The notes under the pieces are model-generated. The model was given only the letters and a program-made list of their open reading frames with translations. It was not told where the DNA came from and made no database searches. Both the position numbers and the translations under genes were made by a program. A stretch of 64,000 nt of DNA from Okamejei kenojei (taxonomy: Eukaryota): the NCBI GenBank assembly GCA_035221665.1, contig CM069151.1:39680001-39744000 (forward strand), in the 5' to 3' direction. Positions within the stretch are counted from its first letter, which is position 1, and every line of letters starts with the position of its first letter. Below, piece by piece: positions 35,896 to 49,012 of the stretch.

Positions 35896-36659
35896 TGGAT
35901 TTGGGCCAATGCGGGCAGGTGGGATTAATGCATGTGGGCACCTTGGTCGGCATGGACAAGTTGGGCCGAAGGGCCTGTCACTGCGCCTTGGAACCACAGA
36001 TACTGCCCGGCCTGCTTAGAATTTACAGTATTTTCTGTTTTCATTTAATGTGGAGTCTCAGTTATGAAATAGACAATGGGTGCAGGAGTAGGCCATTCGG
36101 CCCTTTGAGCCAGCACCGGCATTCAATGTGATCATGGCTGATCATCCCCAATCGGTCCCTCGTTCCTGCCTTCTCCCCATATCTCCTGACTCTGCTATTT
36201 TTAAGAGCCCTATTTAGCTCTCTCTTGAAAGCATCCAGAGAACCTGCCCCCACCTGAGGCAGAGAATTCCCCAGACAGGGAGAGTCAACAGACTGCAAAT
36301 GCTGGAATCTGGAGCAAAAAGTACTGGAGTAAGTCAGCGAGCCAGGCAGCATCTGTGGAGACAACGGACAAGGCGACGTTTCGGTTTGGGATCCTTCTTT
36401 CGGACGTTATGTTGATCACAGAAGGTGGATTAAAGTGAGCGCGTCTGTGGTCAGTTGGGCTGTCACTGATCTTGAACCTGTTGCTTAGAATGCACCATAG
36501 ACGCAAAATGGTGGAGTAACTCAGCGAGCCAGGCAGCATCACTGGAGAGAATGAATGGGTGACGTTTCCGATCGAGGCCCTTCTTCAGACTGAAGACGAT
36601 GCTGCCTGTCCCGCTGAGTTACTCCAGCATCTGCAGTTCCTTCCTACACGCTTAGAATG

Positions 36660-36897
36660 CACCGACGCGTGGACGCGTCTCCTCTTGCTCGAGTATCTTT
36701 GGTCTCCATTGCTGTCCCGTCAGCTGACAGAGGGGAGGTTTGGTGAGATGACACCGCCTCTGGTGAGTCACCAGGGAGCGGCCACAGCCCGTCCTGCGGA
36801 CGAGGCGCAGCGTGAGCCGGGCGGAGCCTCCCCTAACGCGGACAAGGCTGCTCCCAGGAAGCGCGGAGTGGGAGCTTGCGGGGAAGGCTTGCACTCG
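36660..36897 (+). promoter_or_regulatory. CpG-rich candidate promoter and first exon of the legumain-prodomain-only gene
   Basis: CpG-dense island; palindromic AP-1 site CTGGTGAGTCACCAG (36760-36774); GC box GGGCGG (36819); ETS-like CAGGAAG; strong donor TCG|GTGAGT at 36897/36898. Confidence 0.55.
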
Positions 36898-38206
36898 GTG
36901 AGTTCAGTTCACATTTGGGGTATCCCCCCCCCCCCCCATCCTCTGTATCTGAATATCTGATTTATTTTTTGAAATTGACCGTGGAGTATTGTAAATCACT
37001 TTTTAAAGTTGAAAGTGGAAAGGTATATCGTCAATGTAACAAATTTAAAGTTATATATCCAATTACAAGATGTTTGAAGGAGGGTCTCGACCCGAAGCGT
37101 CACCAGAGATGCTGCCTGTCCCGCTGAGTTACATTTTGTGTCTATTTTCGGTGAAAACCAGCATCTGCAGTTCCTACATTAAAGATATTTTCTCTTGGGA
37201 AGGAAATGATTAAACTGGTAAATATAATAGCTGGGATGTTGATGCTCAGGGAGGTTGGTGGGATTAGGGAATCGTACAGTGTAGGGCGAGGGGGATGAGG
37301 AGTCAAGGAGGAAGACACAAAGTGCTGGAGGACTCAGTGGGTCAGGCAGCCTCCCTCAGTGGAGGGCACAGGCACACGATCTTTCTTCAGCCTCTGGTCA
37401 GCTTTTGCCCCCTCGTGTTCAATTTGGGAAAAGCCTGTAGCGGAAACTCTGACAGAATTCCTCGATCAACATCCCCATCCACATCAACACTTCCTTATCT
37501 ATGTATCTCCCTCTCCCCTGACTCCAGTCTGGAGAAGGGTCTCGACCCGACATGTCACCCATTCCTTCTCTCCAGAGATGCTGCCTGTCCCGCTGAGTTA
37601 CTCCAGCATTTTGTGCCTATCTGGCAGAAATGCCACTGGCCCCCTCCCTCCGTGAGATATCTGTCAGGTCACAAGATTGTCACGTTCCATGCAAATCCCC
37701 AACGTGCCTTTTGTTCGAGACGGTGACAATCTGCCAACCTTTTTTGATTTGATTCACGGCTCAGTTATCTGCTGGTTACCAGGAAGCAAATACACTGCCA
37801 TAGTCCCGACAACACAACAACCATTCTGCATCGCAGTGTTTCACCAGCCGTGTAGATCTCGGAAATAAGACACAAAATGCTGGAGTAACTCAGCGGGTCA
37901 GGCAGCATCTCTGGAGAGAAAGGAATGGGTGACGTTTCGGGCCGAGACCCTTCTTCAGTTCTCGGGGTTTTTCTGAGCTCATGAAATGATATGCATGAGA
38001 ATGAACTGTAAAAGCCCCTGACTATCCTGAGTGTCTTCATGTTTGTCACTGATTAGGAGAATCCTGATGATAAATATTGATTCCTGCTCCTTGAGGTGTT
38101 CAGACTCTCTGTGCTGTCCCCTTAGGATTGGAGAGCTTTGTTTCTTTGTGAGAACTACAGTGTTCCCATGTTGCTTCCTGCTGCAGGGACGGGCAAACCC
38201 ACTCTA

Positions 38207-38332
38207 ATGGCGGGAATGGAGACTGTGGCACAGTGCGACGTACCTGTTACTCTTCTTGAGAATAGGATCAAAGCTGCTAAGGATCCAGAGGAGAAGGAAA
38301 AGCTGCAGAAAGACCTGGACCATCTCCTTGAG
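38207..38332 (+). CDS. LGMN: Legumain-like exon (activation-peptide/LSAM start): MAGMETVAQCDVPVTLLENRIKAAKDPEEKEKLQKDLDHLLE
   Basis: Resembles legumain [32 protein letters not shown]; candidate acceptors at 38125 (phase 0) and 38186 (phase 1); donor GAG|GTAATG; start codon uncertain. Confidence 0.8.
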
Positions 38333-38859
38333 GTAATGGTGCAAACTTGTTCTTCTACCCTGGGCCCCATACGAGGCATCTTCACTCATCGGGAACCAGA
38401 GACTGTTGGATGGTGCTAGTCAGTGTGGGGCAGAGCCACATTAACCTGCCTACAGTGCAGGGAGACACACACTGGTAGTGCTGCTGTCAAATGGGGCTCC
38501 TGCTCCAGGGAATTCTTCAAAGGGTTTCGGCCTATTTCCTTCGCTCCACAGATGCTGCTGCACCCGCTGAGTTTCTCCAGCATTTTTGTGTACCTTCGAC
38601 TTTCCAGCATCTGCAGTTCCTTAAACAATTCTTCACTGTTCCCAGGACAGGCAGTAAAATGATGGATTTCCAGTCTTTGTTTACAGTTTAGTTTATTGTC
38701 ACGTGAACTGAGGTACAGTGAAAAGCATTTGCGGCGTGCTATCTAGTCAGCGGAAAGACAATACATGATTACAATTGCGACATTTACAGTGTACAGATAC
38801 ACGATACGGGTCCTTCCAGTGTGGTCGGGGTGTAACCAAACAGTTCTGTTGTGTTACAG

Positions 38860-39030
38860 GTGAGGGAGCTTATCCGACAGACAGTGCGAGAGATTGTTAC
38901 TCTGGCCACGGACTCCGAGGAACAGGCTGAGCGAGTGCTCACCGGCAAGAAGCGCCTCACAGAGCGGGAAAACTACCGCTCTGCGGTGGAGTATTTCCAA
39001 ATGCGGTGCTTTGACTGGCATAATCCAGAG
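38860..39030 (+). CDS. LGMN: Legumain-like LSAM exon VRELIRQTVREIVTLATDSEEQAERVL...YFQMRCFDWHNPE
   Basis: 171-nt phase 0-0 exon matching legumain LIEKSVRKIVSLL...HFRTHCFNWHSP. Confidence 0.92.
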
Positions 39031-39560
39031 GTACGTCTGTGATGCATTCACATAGTACAGAGATAGCTGCCAAGGTGAGTTCATGCCACCATTGTCAAAT
39101 CAATATTATCAAGAGGCCAAAGAGAAAATATACCAGGGTAGGCGATCAAAAGCTGGGTCAACGGGTCAGCTTTAAGGAGGGGAGAGAGGCAGGGTACTTG
39201 CCCCCTCCTCCCAGAAACCTGCAAACCAGAAGATCTCAGGGTCTTCAACCCATGTGCCAGAGCCTGCGTTGTGCAGTGGCTTGGAAAAGTGTAGCGATAC
39301 GACAAGAAGAAGACTGGCTGGGAACTCTGCTGCTGTTCACAGCGCTGATAAAACAGCTCGATGCAGCACTGAGCAGCTTCTTAACTGAAACCAATGACCA
39401 CAGGAAGAGCCAGATTTAATAGGGGCAGCACAGTGGTGCAGTTAGCTGTGTTGCTGCCTCACCGTTCCAGCGACTGGGTTTCAATCCTGATCTCTGGGAC
39501 TGAATGTTTGGAGCTTGCACATTCTCCCTGTCACTGCCTGGGTTTCTTCCCCCTGAATAT

Positions 39561-42427
39561 TAGAAACATAGAAAATAGGTGCAGGAGGAGGCCATTCAGC
39601 CCTTCGAGCCAGCACCGCCATTCATTGTGATCATGGCTGATCGTCCGCTATCAATAACCCGTGCCTGCCTTCTCCCCATATCCCTTGACTCCACTAGCCC
39701 CTAGAGCTCTATCTAACTCTCTCTTAAATCCATCCAGTGACTTGGCCTCCACTGCCCTCTGTGGTAGGGATTTCCACAAACTCACAACTCTCTGGCTGAA
39801 AAAAAATGTTCTCACCTCAGTCTTAAGTGACCTCCCCTTTATTCTAAGACTAGAAGCCCCTGGTTCTGGACTCACCCAACATTGGGAAAATTTTTCCTGC
39901 ATCTAGCTTGTCCATTCCTTTTATAATTTTATATGTTTCTATAAAATCTCCCCCTCATCCTTCTGAACTCCAGTGAATACAAGCCTAGTCTTTTCAATCT
40001 TTCCTCATATGACAGTCCCGCCATCCCAGGGATCAATCTCGTGAACCTATGCTGCACTGCCTCAATCACAAGGATGTCCTTCCTCAAATTAGGAGACCAA
40101 AACTGTACACAATACTCCAGATGTGGTCTCACCAGAGCCCTATACAACTGCAGAAGAACCTCTTTACTCCTGTACTGAAATCCTCTTGTTATGAAGGCCA
40201 ACATTCCATTAGCTTTCTTCACTGCCTGCTGTACCTGCACGCCAACTTTCAGTGACTGGTGTACAAGGACACCCAGGTCTCGCTGTACCACCCCCTTACC
40301 TAACCAAACCCCATTGAGATAATAATCTGCCCCCTTGTTTTTGCCACCAAAGTGGCTCACATTTATCTATATTATACTGCATCTGCCACGCATCTGCCCA
40401 CTCACTCAACCTGTCCAGGTCCCCCTGCAACCTCCTAACATCCTCTTCACAGGTTACACTGCCACCCAGCTTTGTGTCATCCGCAAACTTGCTAGTGTTG
40501 CTCCTAATTCCCTCTTCAAAATCATTAATATATATGGTAAACAGTTGCGGCCCCAACACCGAGCCTTGCGGCACTCCACTTGCCACTGCCTGCCATTCTG
40601 AAAAGGACCCGTTCACTCCTACTCTTTGCTTCCGGTCTGCCAACCAATTTTCTATCCATGTCAACACCCTACCCCCAATACCATGTGCTCTAATTTTAGT
40701 CACCAGTCTCCCGTGCGGGACCTTATCAAAGGGTTTCTGAAAGTCTAGATACACTACATCCACTGGCACCCCTTCATCCATTTTACTTGTCACATCCTCA
40801 AAAAATTCCAGAAGATTAGTCAAGCATGATTTCCCTTTCATAAATCCATGTTGACTTGGACTAATCCTTTTACTGCTATCCAAATGCTGCGTTATTACCT
40901 CTTTAATAATTGACTCCAGCATCTTTCCCACCACCGAAGTCAGGCTAACTGGTCTGTAATTCCCCGTTTTCTCACTCGCTCCTTTCTTGAAAAGTGGGAT
41001 AACATTAACTATCCTCCAATCCACAGGAACTGATCCTGAATCTATTGAACATTGGAAAATGATCACCAATGCGTCCACTATTTCTAGAGCCACCTCCCTG
41101 AGGTCCCTGGGATGCAGACCATCAGGCCCAGGGGATTTATCATCCTTCAGTCCCATTAGCCTACCCAATACTATTTCTCGCCTAATGAAAATTTATTTCA
41201 GTTCCTCTACCCCCTTAGATCTTCTGTCCTCCAGTACATCTGGGAGATTGTTTGTGTCCTCCTTAGTGAAGACAGATCCGAAGTACCTATTCAACTCTTC
41301 TGCCACTTCCTTGTTACCCATAATTATTTCACCCGTGTCTGCCTTCAAGGGACCCACATTTGACTTTGCTACATTTTTCCCCTTAACATATCTAAAGAAG
41401 CTTTTACTGTCCTTCTTTATATTCCTGGCCAGTTTCCCCTCATACTTCATCTTTTCAGCCCGTATTGCCCATTTTGTTTCCATTTTGTCCTATGAAAGTT
41501 TCCCAATCCTCTGGCTTCCGGCTACTCTTTGCTGTGTTATACATCTTTTCTTTTAGTTTTATTCTATCCCTAACTGCTCTTGTCAGCCACGGTTGCCTCC
41601 TACTCCCCTTAGAATCTTTCTTCCTTTTTGGAATGAAATGAGCCTGCGTCTTCCGGATTATGCCCAGAAATTCCTGCCATTGCTGTTCCACCGTCATTCC
41701 TGCTAGGATCCCTTTCCAGTCTACTTTGGCCAGTTCCCCTCTCATGCCTTCATAGTCCCCTTTGTTCAACTGCATCACTGCCACTTCCGATTTAAAGTTC
41801 TCCTTCTCAAATTGCAGATTAAAACTAATCATATTATGATCACAACCTCCAAGCGGTTCCTTTGCCTCGAGTTCTCTTATCATATCTGGTTCATTGGACA
41901 ACACTAAATCCAGAATTGCCTTTTCTCTGGTCGGCTCCATTACAAGCTGCTCTAAGAATCCATCTCGGAGGCATTCTACAAACTCTCTTTCTTGGCGTCC
42001 TGAACCAACCTGATTTTCCCAGTCTACCTGCATATTGAAATCCCCCATCACCACAGTGGCATTACCTTTGTTACATGCCAGTTTTAACTCCTGTTGCAAC
42101 TTACACCCTACATCCACCCTACTATTTGGGGGTCTGTAAATAACACCAATCAGTGTCTTCTTGCCTTTACAATTCCTCAACTCAATCCACAGTGACTCTA
42201 CCTCATCAGTCCGTATGTCTTCCCTCGCAAGGGACTGAATTTCATCCCTCACCTGCAGAGCTACCCCCCCTCCTCTGCCCACCTGCCTGTCCTTTCTACA
42301 GGATGTATAACCCTGAATATTAAGTTCCCAGGCCCGATCCTCCTGCAGCCACGTCTCAGTAATCCCCACAATGTCATATCTACCAATCGCTAACTGAGCC
42401 TCAAGCTCATCTACTTTACTTCTTATA
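39561..42427 (-). mobile_element. CR1 LINE (second subfamily) with EN and RT remnants, in an intron of the legumain-like gene
   Basis: ORFs 39651-42558 with GITETW, GDFN, YLDFQKPFDKVPH and FADDTK; frameshifted. Confidence 0.95.
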
Positions 42428-43098
42428 CCTAGTTCTATCCTACACAATAGGGACAATTTACAGAAGCCAATTAACCAACAAACCTGCATGTCCTTGGAAT
42501 GTCGAAGGAAACTGGAGCACCCAGAGAAAACCCACACGGTCACAGGGAGAACATACAAGCTCTATACAGACAGCGCCCATAGTCAGGATCTTGACGCTGT
42601 AAGACAGTGTGCAGTGTGGGATTGACGATCGGAATTGGATGGGTGGGTCAAAGGACCTTTTCTGTGCTATACAACCCTAATAGTCTGAAATGTTGCACAA
42701 AGCATAGGGTTTTGGCCCTAGAGAAGAGTAGGTGCCTGGGTGTTGCTTCGTGTTGTTCCAGTGCCCATTCTCAGCATGGAGAACATAAGAAAGTGGTTGA
42801 GGTGAGGGGTAGGAGGTATAGTGAGAGATGTTTTGACTCAAAGCTGAGAATTTTGGAGTATCTCATGGTTGTGAATGGTGTGGAAAAGAGGAATCCCTCT
42901 GCACCAGTCTGGGCACTGTAAATAATTGTTCTGATGTATATTGTTACAGTATGTTACATAATGAAAGTGTGGGAAAGTGAGTTGTGAGGATGACAAAAGG
43001 GCGACACAAAGAGGCAAAAAAAAAGGGTGCGCATGGCCAAAGATTGTGTTAATGTGAGAAAATGTGGGATCGTCCAATTTTGTGCTTTGTTGTTACAG

Positions 43099-43166
43099 CA
43101 TGAATATGCTCTTCACCAGTTGAGTCCCTTCGTCAATTTATGTGTGGAGCAGATTCCACTGACACG
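43099..43166 (+). CDS. LGMN: Legumain-like LSAM exon HEYALHQLSPFVNLCVEQIPLTR
   Basis: 68-nt phase 0-2 exon matching legumain [23 protein letters not shown]. Confidence 0.92.
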
Positions 43167-44199
43167 GTACAGTAATACCCAACTCTCTCTCTTTGCTCAA
43201 GCAATCAAAGCAAATAACATCTGGAATTAACTTTTAACAGACCATTGATCCCTTTAACAGAAAGCCTGATGGAAAAGTAGTGAGCTGGGCAGTGCAATGT
43301 GTATATTCTGTATGTTCTCCCTGTGGTCGCTTTGGCTTCCCCCAAGTGCTCTAGTTTCCGCCCACATCCCAAACTCATGTAGGTTAATTTGCCTCTGTAA
43401 ATCGCCCCTAGTGCTTTAGGATGTGTGTGAAGGTGGGGTGGCATGGAATTGGTGTGAGCAGGTGATTGGTTGCAGGTTTGGACTCCGTGGGGTGAAGGGC
43501 CTGTTTCCATGCTGTATATTTAAACTAAACTAAACAGCATGGTAGTATGTTTCTGTGCCTCTTAGAGTAATGGATGCTATGTTATGTAATTAAACTGATC
43601 ACATCTATTTACTCAGAGTAATGGGGCTAAGTTCCACAATACAAATATTCAACAGAGATATCGTGAGTTAGGTCAGGTTACCCAGAGTAAAAACAGCAAT
43701 AGCCTTTGTCAAACTTGAAATAATCATCAAAATCAGCCTTCGAGTCTGAATTAGCAGCAGGCTAACTTTGTACAGTCTTGTCTTTCTGAAGCAGGGAATC
43801 CCGGGCAGAGGGATAGTTTACAGCCATTGACCCAGCACAATCAAAGCCTCCTTTTAGTCATCAGTTCAGGACCATTCAAGTCAGAGAATTAAGGAAAGTG
43901 CTGGTAATATGATCATGAAAGTATTGTCATTCAATCTGAAAGTATTGAAAAGCATTAAATGTACTGACTTATTTTATCCAAAATAAGTGTCTCCACTTTG
44001 TCATCTTGAATCAAATATTGGTTGAAATTGTTCATCTTGGTCTCTTGTCTTGGAAAGCAGCCGTCAGAATTGTAATAGATCTTTGCCTCTAACTTTTCTT
44101 AACAAATGTAGATTGTGTTCCATTTTTTTCAAAAAAAAAATTCTGTGCTATCCCCCTGTGCACGAGCTGCATTGTAATCACTCCTTTGTTTTTAAATAG

Positions 44200-44245
44200 G
44201 ATCAAGGAAGCGATTGACCAAGTCAGTGAAAAGCTGAAGAAATGA
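44200..44245 (+). CDS. LGMN: Legumain-like terminal exon IKEAIDQVSEKLKK*
   Basis: Acceptor TTTTTAAATAG in phase 2; matches legumain IKLSMDHVC; candidate AATAAA at 45291. Confidence 0.85.
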
Positions 44246-47200
44246 AGAGCTGGCACTCCTCATCTTCAGCACAGCAGAGGGAGGGACCCTCAGGAAGGAC
44301 CTGTCCCTCCCCCATCCCGTGTGCTTTCCAACTGGAATTGTAATTTTTTTGTGCTTGTTTTTTCTCTCTCTCCCTCTGCTGGTCAGATCATCTTGCTTGC
44401 AATAACTGGGAGGAGGTTTCTGCTGAAAAGCAAATCATGAGAGACAAAAGCAAATCATAGACAGCCTTTGTACTTTAAATAATCAGACCATTTTTTTTAA
44501 ATGGATGACACAATGATACCATTAGTTGAATGCTACCTCAGATGGTAGAAACATTTCTGTGCCATTAATATTTGTAATATTGAAAATTCCTTCTCAGTAG
44601 GTATGGAGTCATTGTAGTTAAATATACTTGATTATCGCAAATCAATTTACTATTTTTTTTCCAAATCTTTATTTTAAAGATTTAAACAGCTTCTGAGTGG
44701 CCTACTTTAATTTCTCTCACCGTTCACATCTGCATTGTGAAGCAATTTAATCAGAAGTTGACAATCGAGCTTCACTAAATCTCCTTTTGGCAATGGCGAG
44801 GCTTAATTTTGCAGTGATTTTAGTAATTTCTTACCAGCAGGGCAGGCGGTTAGTTCTAAGGTGGCTGAGTCTTGAGAACAAGATCCAGACTGATACATAA
44901 GTGCATTTCTGAGAGAGTGCAGTATTTGTGTGCATGCCGACTTCTGGGTGAGATTTATACCAAAGCCATCCAATCTTTTGCAGGATGTAATGTAAAGGTC
45001 CCTATCCAAATATATGTAAAGATTAAAGTAGACAAAAATGCTGGAGAAAATCAGCGGGTGAGGCAGCATCTATGGAGCGAAGGAAATAGGCAACGTTTCG
45101 GGTTGAAACCCTTCTTCAGAAGTGAAGATGAATGTGGATTCCCGACCAGCATTTACTGCTAAACTAGACCTTTTGGCCTGTCCTTTGTTTAATATTGTTC
45201 ATTGTACATACATTCCCAATGGTAACTACGTTTCAAAGCTAATTGGCTGGGAAGGCCTCAAGAATAGTGCTTGAGAAATGAATGGTGTTAAATAAATTCT
45301 AATCTTTTTAAAATTATTCCTTTTATTTTAAGTAAATGAAATGATTAATTCATTGTTCTGATTATTTGTTCTCTGTGTTAGTATTTCTGTTGATTGCTCT
45401 TCTGATCACATTATTTTTTCAAAAATGTAAACATTTAAGTCTAACTTCTGGAACCTGAGCACATGTTAGAACCTCCCTGATTGTTGGAGATAACCTAGTA
45501 TGCCAGCTGTTGAATTTATCTCCACCCTTCCTCACAGGCAATGGGGTTAGGAGGGAGAGATAGATCAGCCATGATTGAATGGCGGAATAGATTTGATGGG
45601 CCGAATGGCCCAATTCTAACCTATTTCTATGACCATATGAAACAGGCCATTGTTAGCTGTGGCCAATGTGAAAACTAGTGTAGACATGAAGTATTGAGTA
45701 CATAATAATAGTTACATTGGGTAGTGGTGAGTCTGGAGTACTGTGTACAGCTTTGGTCTTATTTAAGGAACACAATAGAAGCACGAGAAGCAGTTCAGAG
45801 AGGTGAACTAGACTGATAGCTGGAGTTGTTGGGTGGTCTTGTGGGGAAAGGTCAGACAAGCAGGGAGTTTAGAAGAGTGAGCGGGGATTTGATTAAAACG
45901 TGCACTCCAGAAAGGTTATGAATAAATTCATGGATTCGTGGAGTGGATTTTTTGTAGAAGAATCTGGAACTAGTGTCATTGTGGAAATATAATTTAAGAT
46001 AACGGAGGTGAAATATCTTTCCTCGGTTGAGTCTTTGGAACTCTTCCCTAAAGAGCAGTGAAGGGAGACAGTCTTTAAATGTTTTACGGCAGATGCAAGT
46101 ATCCTTGCCAAGCAAGAGGTGAAAAGTGCCTCATGTAGGCAGGAATGTGGTTAGAATTGGATTAGCCATGATCTTGTTTAAGGGTGGAGGTGGCTCGTGG
46201 GTCTGTGAGAGGTCTATGCCTGCTGATGATTCATATGTATAGAATGTACCAGCATGGAATTTGACTTTACATTCCACTCCTCTTATCCAACACCCTTTTG
46301 TTTCCTTTTCACCTCAAGCCTTTGACATTTACTCCTCCCATCCGCCAATGAAACCGCTCGCCTGAAGAGTCCCGGCCCAAAACGTCACCCATCCATTTTC
46401 TCCAGTGATGCTGCCTGACCTGTTGAGATACTCCTGCACTTTGTGTCTATCCACCGGTCATTTGCCAGGTTTTGTCCCACCCCCGCATCTCATTTCCAGC
46501 TTCCTCCTCCCTACTACAACCAGTCTGAAGAAGGACCCTGAATTGAAACGTCACCTGTCCATTCCCTCCACAGGTGCTGCCTGAGTTCCTCCAGCACTTT
46601 GTGTTTTGTCCACTATCCTGCAGGTTGTCCTTGATGAGCTGATGCTTTGACAAAATCTCTTTTTCTTTAGTCTCGCTGAGATTCAGGTCTGTGTTTTGAC
46701 CGAGAAAGAGAGGCTTGAAATGAGAGTAAGATCAGATTACAGGCATTTGCATTGGACACTGTCCAGGAATGCAATAAGGAGACAGATGGAGTTCTGAAGG
46801 GTTCAGGCAAAGTGGAGCAATTATTTCAGTGACTGCTTTTCTAACACACAATCTCCTGGCAGGTGAGTTTTAAGATGCCATTGCTACTTTAGGTAGCTTT
46901 GCTCATGAGATAGTGAGAATGGACCTTGCACATCCCATCGTGCTGTGTTAGAACCACGCCTCATATATAACTAATGTCTGACCCTTGCACAAGGTCAATG
47001 GCAATAATAAACTCTTGATGCTTTTCATCTTCTGTAACCAAAGCTCTGCTCAGTTCCAGAATGATTAATATCAAAGCTAGAAGTATCACTGAGAAGAGGG
47101 GAATCTAATTTCTCCGACAGCTGACAAATTCATTAGCAATGCACTGTCAGCTCAGCTGTACAGTATGTCCAAAAAAAGTCATCCCAAAGTGAATTAATGT

Positions 47201-47934
47201 TGGATCGATGATTTTTTTGTTTCTCCTCTGCCCTATAGTGCTGAGTGTCAGTCTCTGTCTTGGTACCTCGTGCCAAGTGGCTGCTCTCCAGCTATTGATT
47301 TAGCAAAATGAGTGCTGGTAGGATATTCATTCATACGGGTAACTCCATATCTTCATTTAGGCTCGACACACAAGTGCTTAAAGCAGAGTGATTTGGGTAA
47401 TTCTCCTAGGTGATGACTGTACGGTGGAGGGCAGAGTGACTGGTTGCTTCAACAAGTCAAAGAACAAATTGATCGATTGATACTTTATTGTCACGGTTAC
47501 TAGGCCCACTGAGATTCCTTGTTTGCATACAGTACGAGTGTGCAATAGTTGCCATGTAAAGGACACCGACAAGGTTACAAAAGTATTCAATATAGTGCCT
47601 CTTCCTTCTCTCTCGGAGAGGTAGACACTGCTCAGTCCATCACAGCTACTGACCTTCATATAAGGTGCTGTCCTAAAAGCCAACCAATATCATCAAAGAC
47701 CCCCAACACCCTAGCCATGCTTGCATTTAGCTCCTACCACCAGGAAGAAGGTATAAGAGTGGAAACCTTGACCACCAGGTTCAAGAACAGTTTTTTAGAG
47801 CCATGCAGCACGGAAACTGTGCCTTCGGCCCAAGTTACCCATGTCGACCATGATGCCCCATTTACACAGGACTCAATTGTCCATGTTTGGCCCAAATCCC
47901 ACTAAGCCTTTCCTATTCATGTACCTGTCCAAAT

Positions 47935-48215
47935 GTCTGGGCCTCCTTCATGGCCAAAGTGAGCACCACCGGAAATTGGAGGAGCAGCACCTCATATTTT
48001 GTTTGGGCAGTCTATACCCCAGTGGCATGAACTTTGACTTCTCCAATTTCTGGTAGTCCTTATTGTCTCCTCCCCTTCTCAGCTCTCCCTCAACCCTCTG
48101 GCTGCTCCTCTTCCTTTCTTCCCTCCCCCCCAACCCTACATCAGTCTGAGGAAGGGTTTCGGCCCGAAACGTTGCCTATTTCCTTCGCTCCATAGATGCT
48201 GCCCCTCCCGCTACG
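47935..48215 (+). mobile_element. Penelope-like 3' fragment
   Basis: GLLHGQSEHHRKLEEQHLIFCLGSLYPSGMNFDFSNF followed by the CTGAGGAAGGGTTTCGGCCCGAAACGTT terminal motif. Confidence 0.75.
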
Positions 48216-48257
48216 TTACCCCAAATGCAGCCTCATCACTATCGTGTACAACTTTAA

Positions 48258-48976
48258 AGGGGCTGTCCCACTGCGGCGACCTAATCCGCGAGTTAAGAAG
48301 AGTGTCTTTGACCTTCAAGCTCGAGGGCACTCGCCTGAAAAACCACGAGCTGGATCGACCGTCAGCATGGAAACCGCGAGCTGGATCGACCGGCCATATA
48401 CACACACACACACACACACACACATCGCAAAGACGGGGGCCAGAGAAAGCGGGGGAGCGCTGTCCGAAATGGAGAGGAGTGGAAGATAAAAGATGGCTGC
48501 ACAATGTACGGCAAGTCCTTTGGAGAGTGGGGGGGTGGGGGGAGAGGGAAGGGGGGAGAGAAGGAGTGGAGACACTTTTAAGAAATATAATAAAGTTTAG
48601 TGGACATTTTACCTACCAGTCGGTTTTCCTTGGTCCTGAAAACTCCAATGAGCCAATTAAAATGCCCGGTCAGTGAAGGAGCTTGCCTACGGCTGCCCTC
48701 GACTGCCTGTAACTAAATAGCGACCCCACACCACTGCACTACGAGCTAAAAAGAACCATGCCGCCCAGATTTTACTTGCGGAAATTTTTTCTACATGCTG
48801 AAACATTTTCCACGACCTAGCTGAGGCCGCGATTATGCGGGAACTTCCCTCGAGCATGAGAGTTCCAGTGACCTCATAGGACTACCTAGGACCACGTGTC
48901 GATCGTGCTGCGAGTTTGAGTCGAGGGCAAACTCTTCTCAACTCGCAGATTAGGTCGCCGCAGTGGGACAGCCCCT
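48258..48976. mobile_element. PIF/Harbinger-type MITE
   Basis: TIR AGGGGCTGTCCCACTGCGGCGACCTAATC / GATTAGGTCGCCGCAGTGGGACAGCCCCT with TAA on both sides. Confidence 0.88.
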
Positions 48977-49012
48977 TAACATATCATCACAACTTATCAG
49001 CACTCAACGCAT

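Noticed and set aside
36748-36897. Coding first exon (MTPPLVSHQG...) in frame with the 38126 acceptor
   Set aside because: The frame is open but low-complexity, has no legumain similarity and overlaps promoter-like motifs; treated as probably non-coding, unresolved
46670-47340. Isolated splice-like signals (donor CAG|GTGAGT at ~46862, acceptor at ~47238)
   Set aside because: No coherent reading frame or recognisable homology
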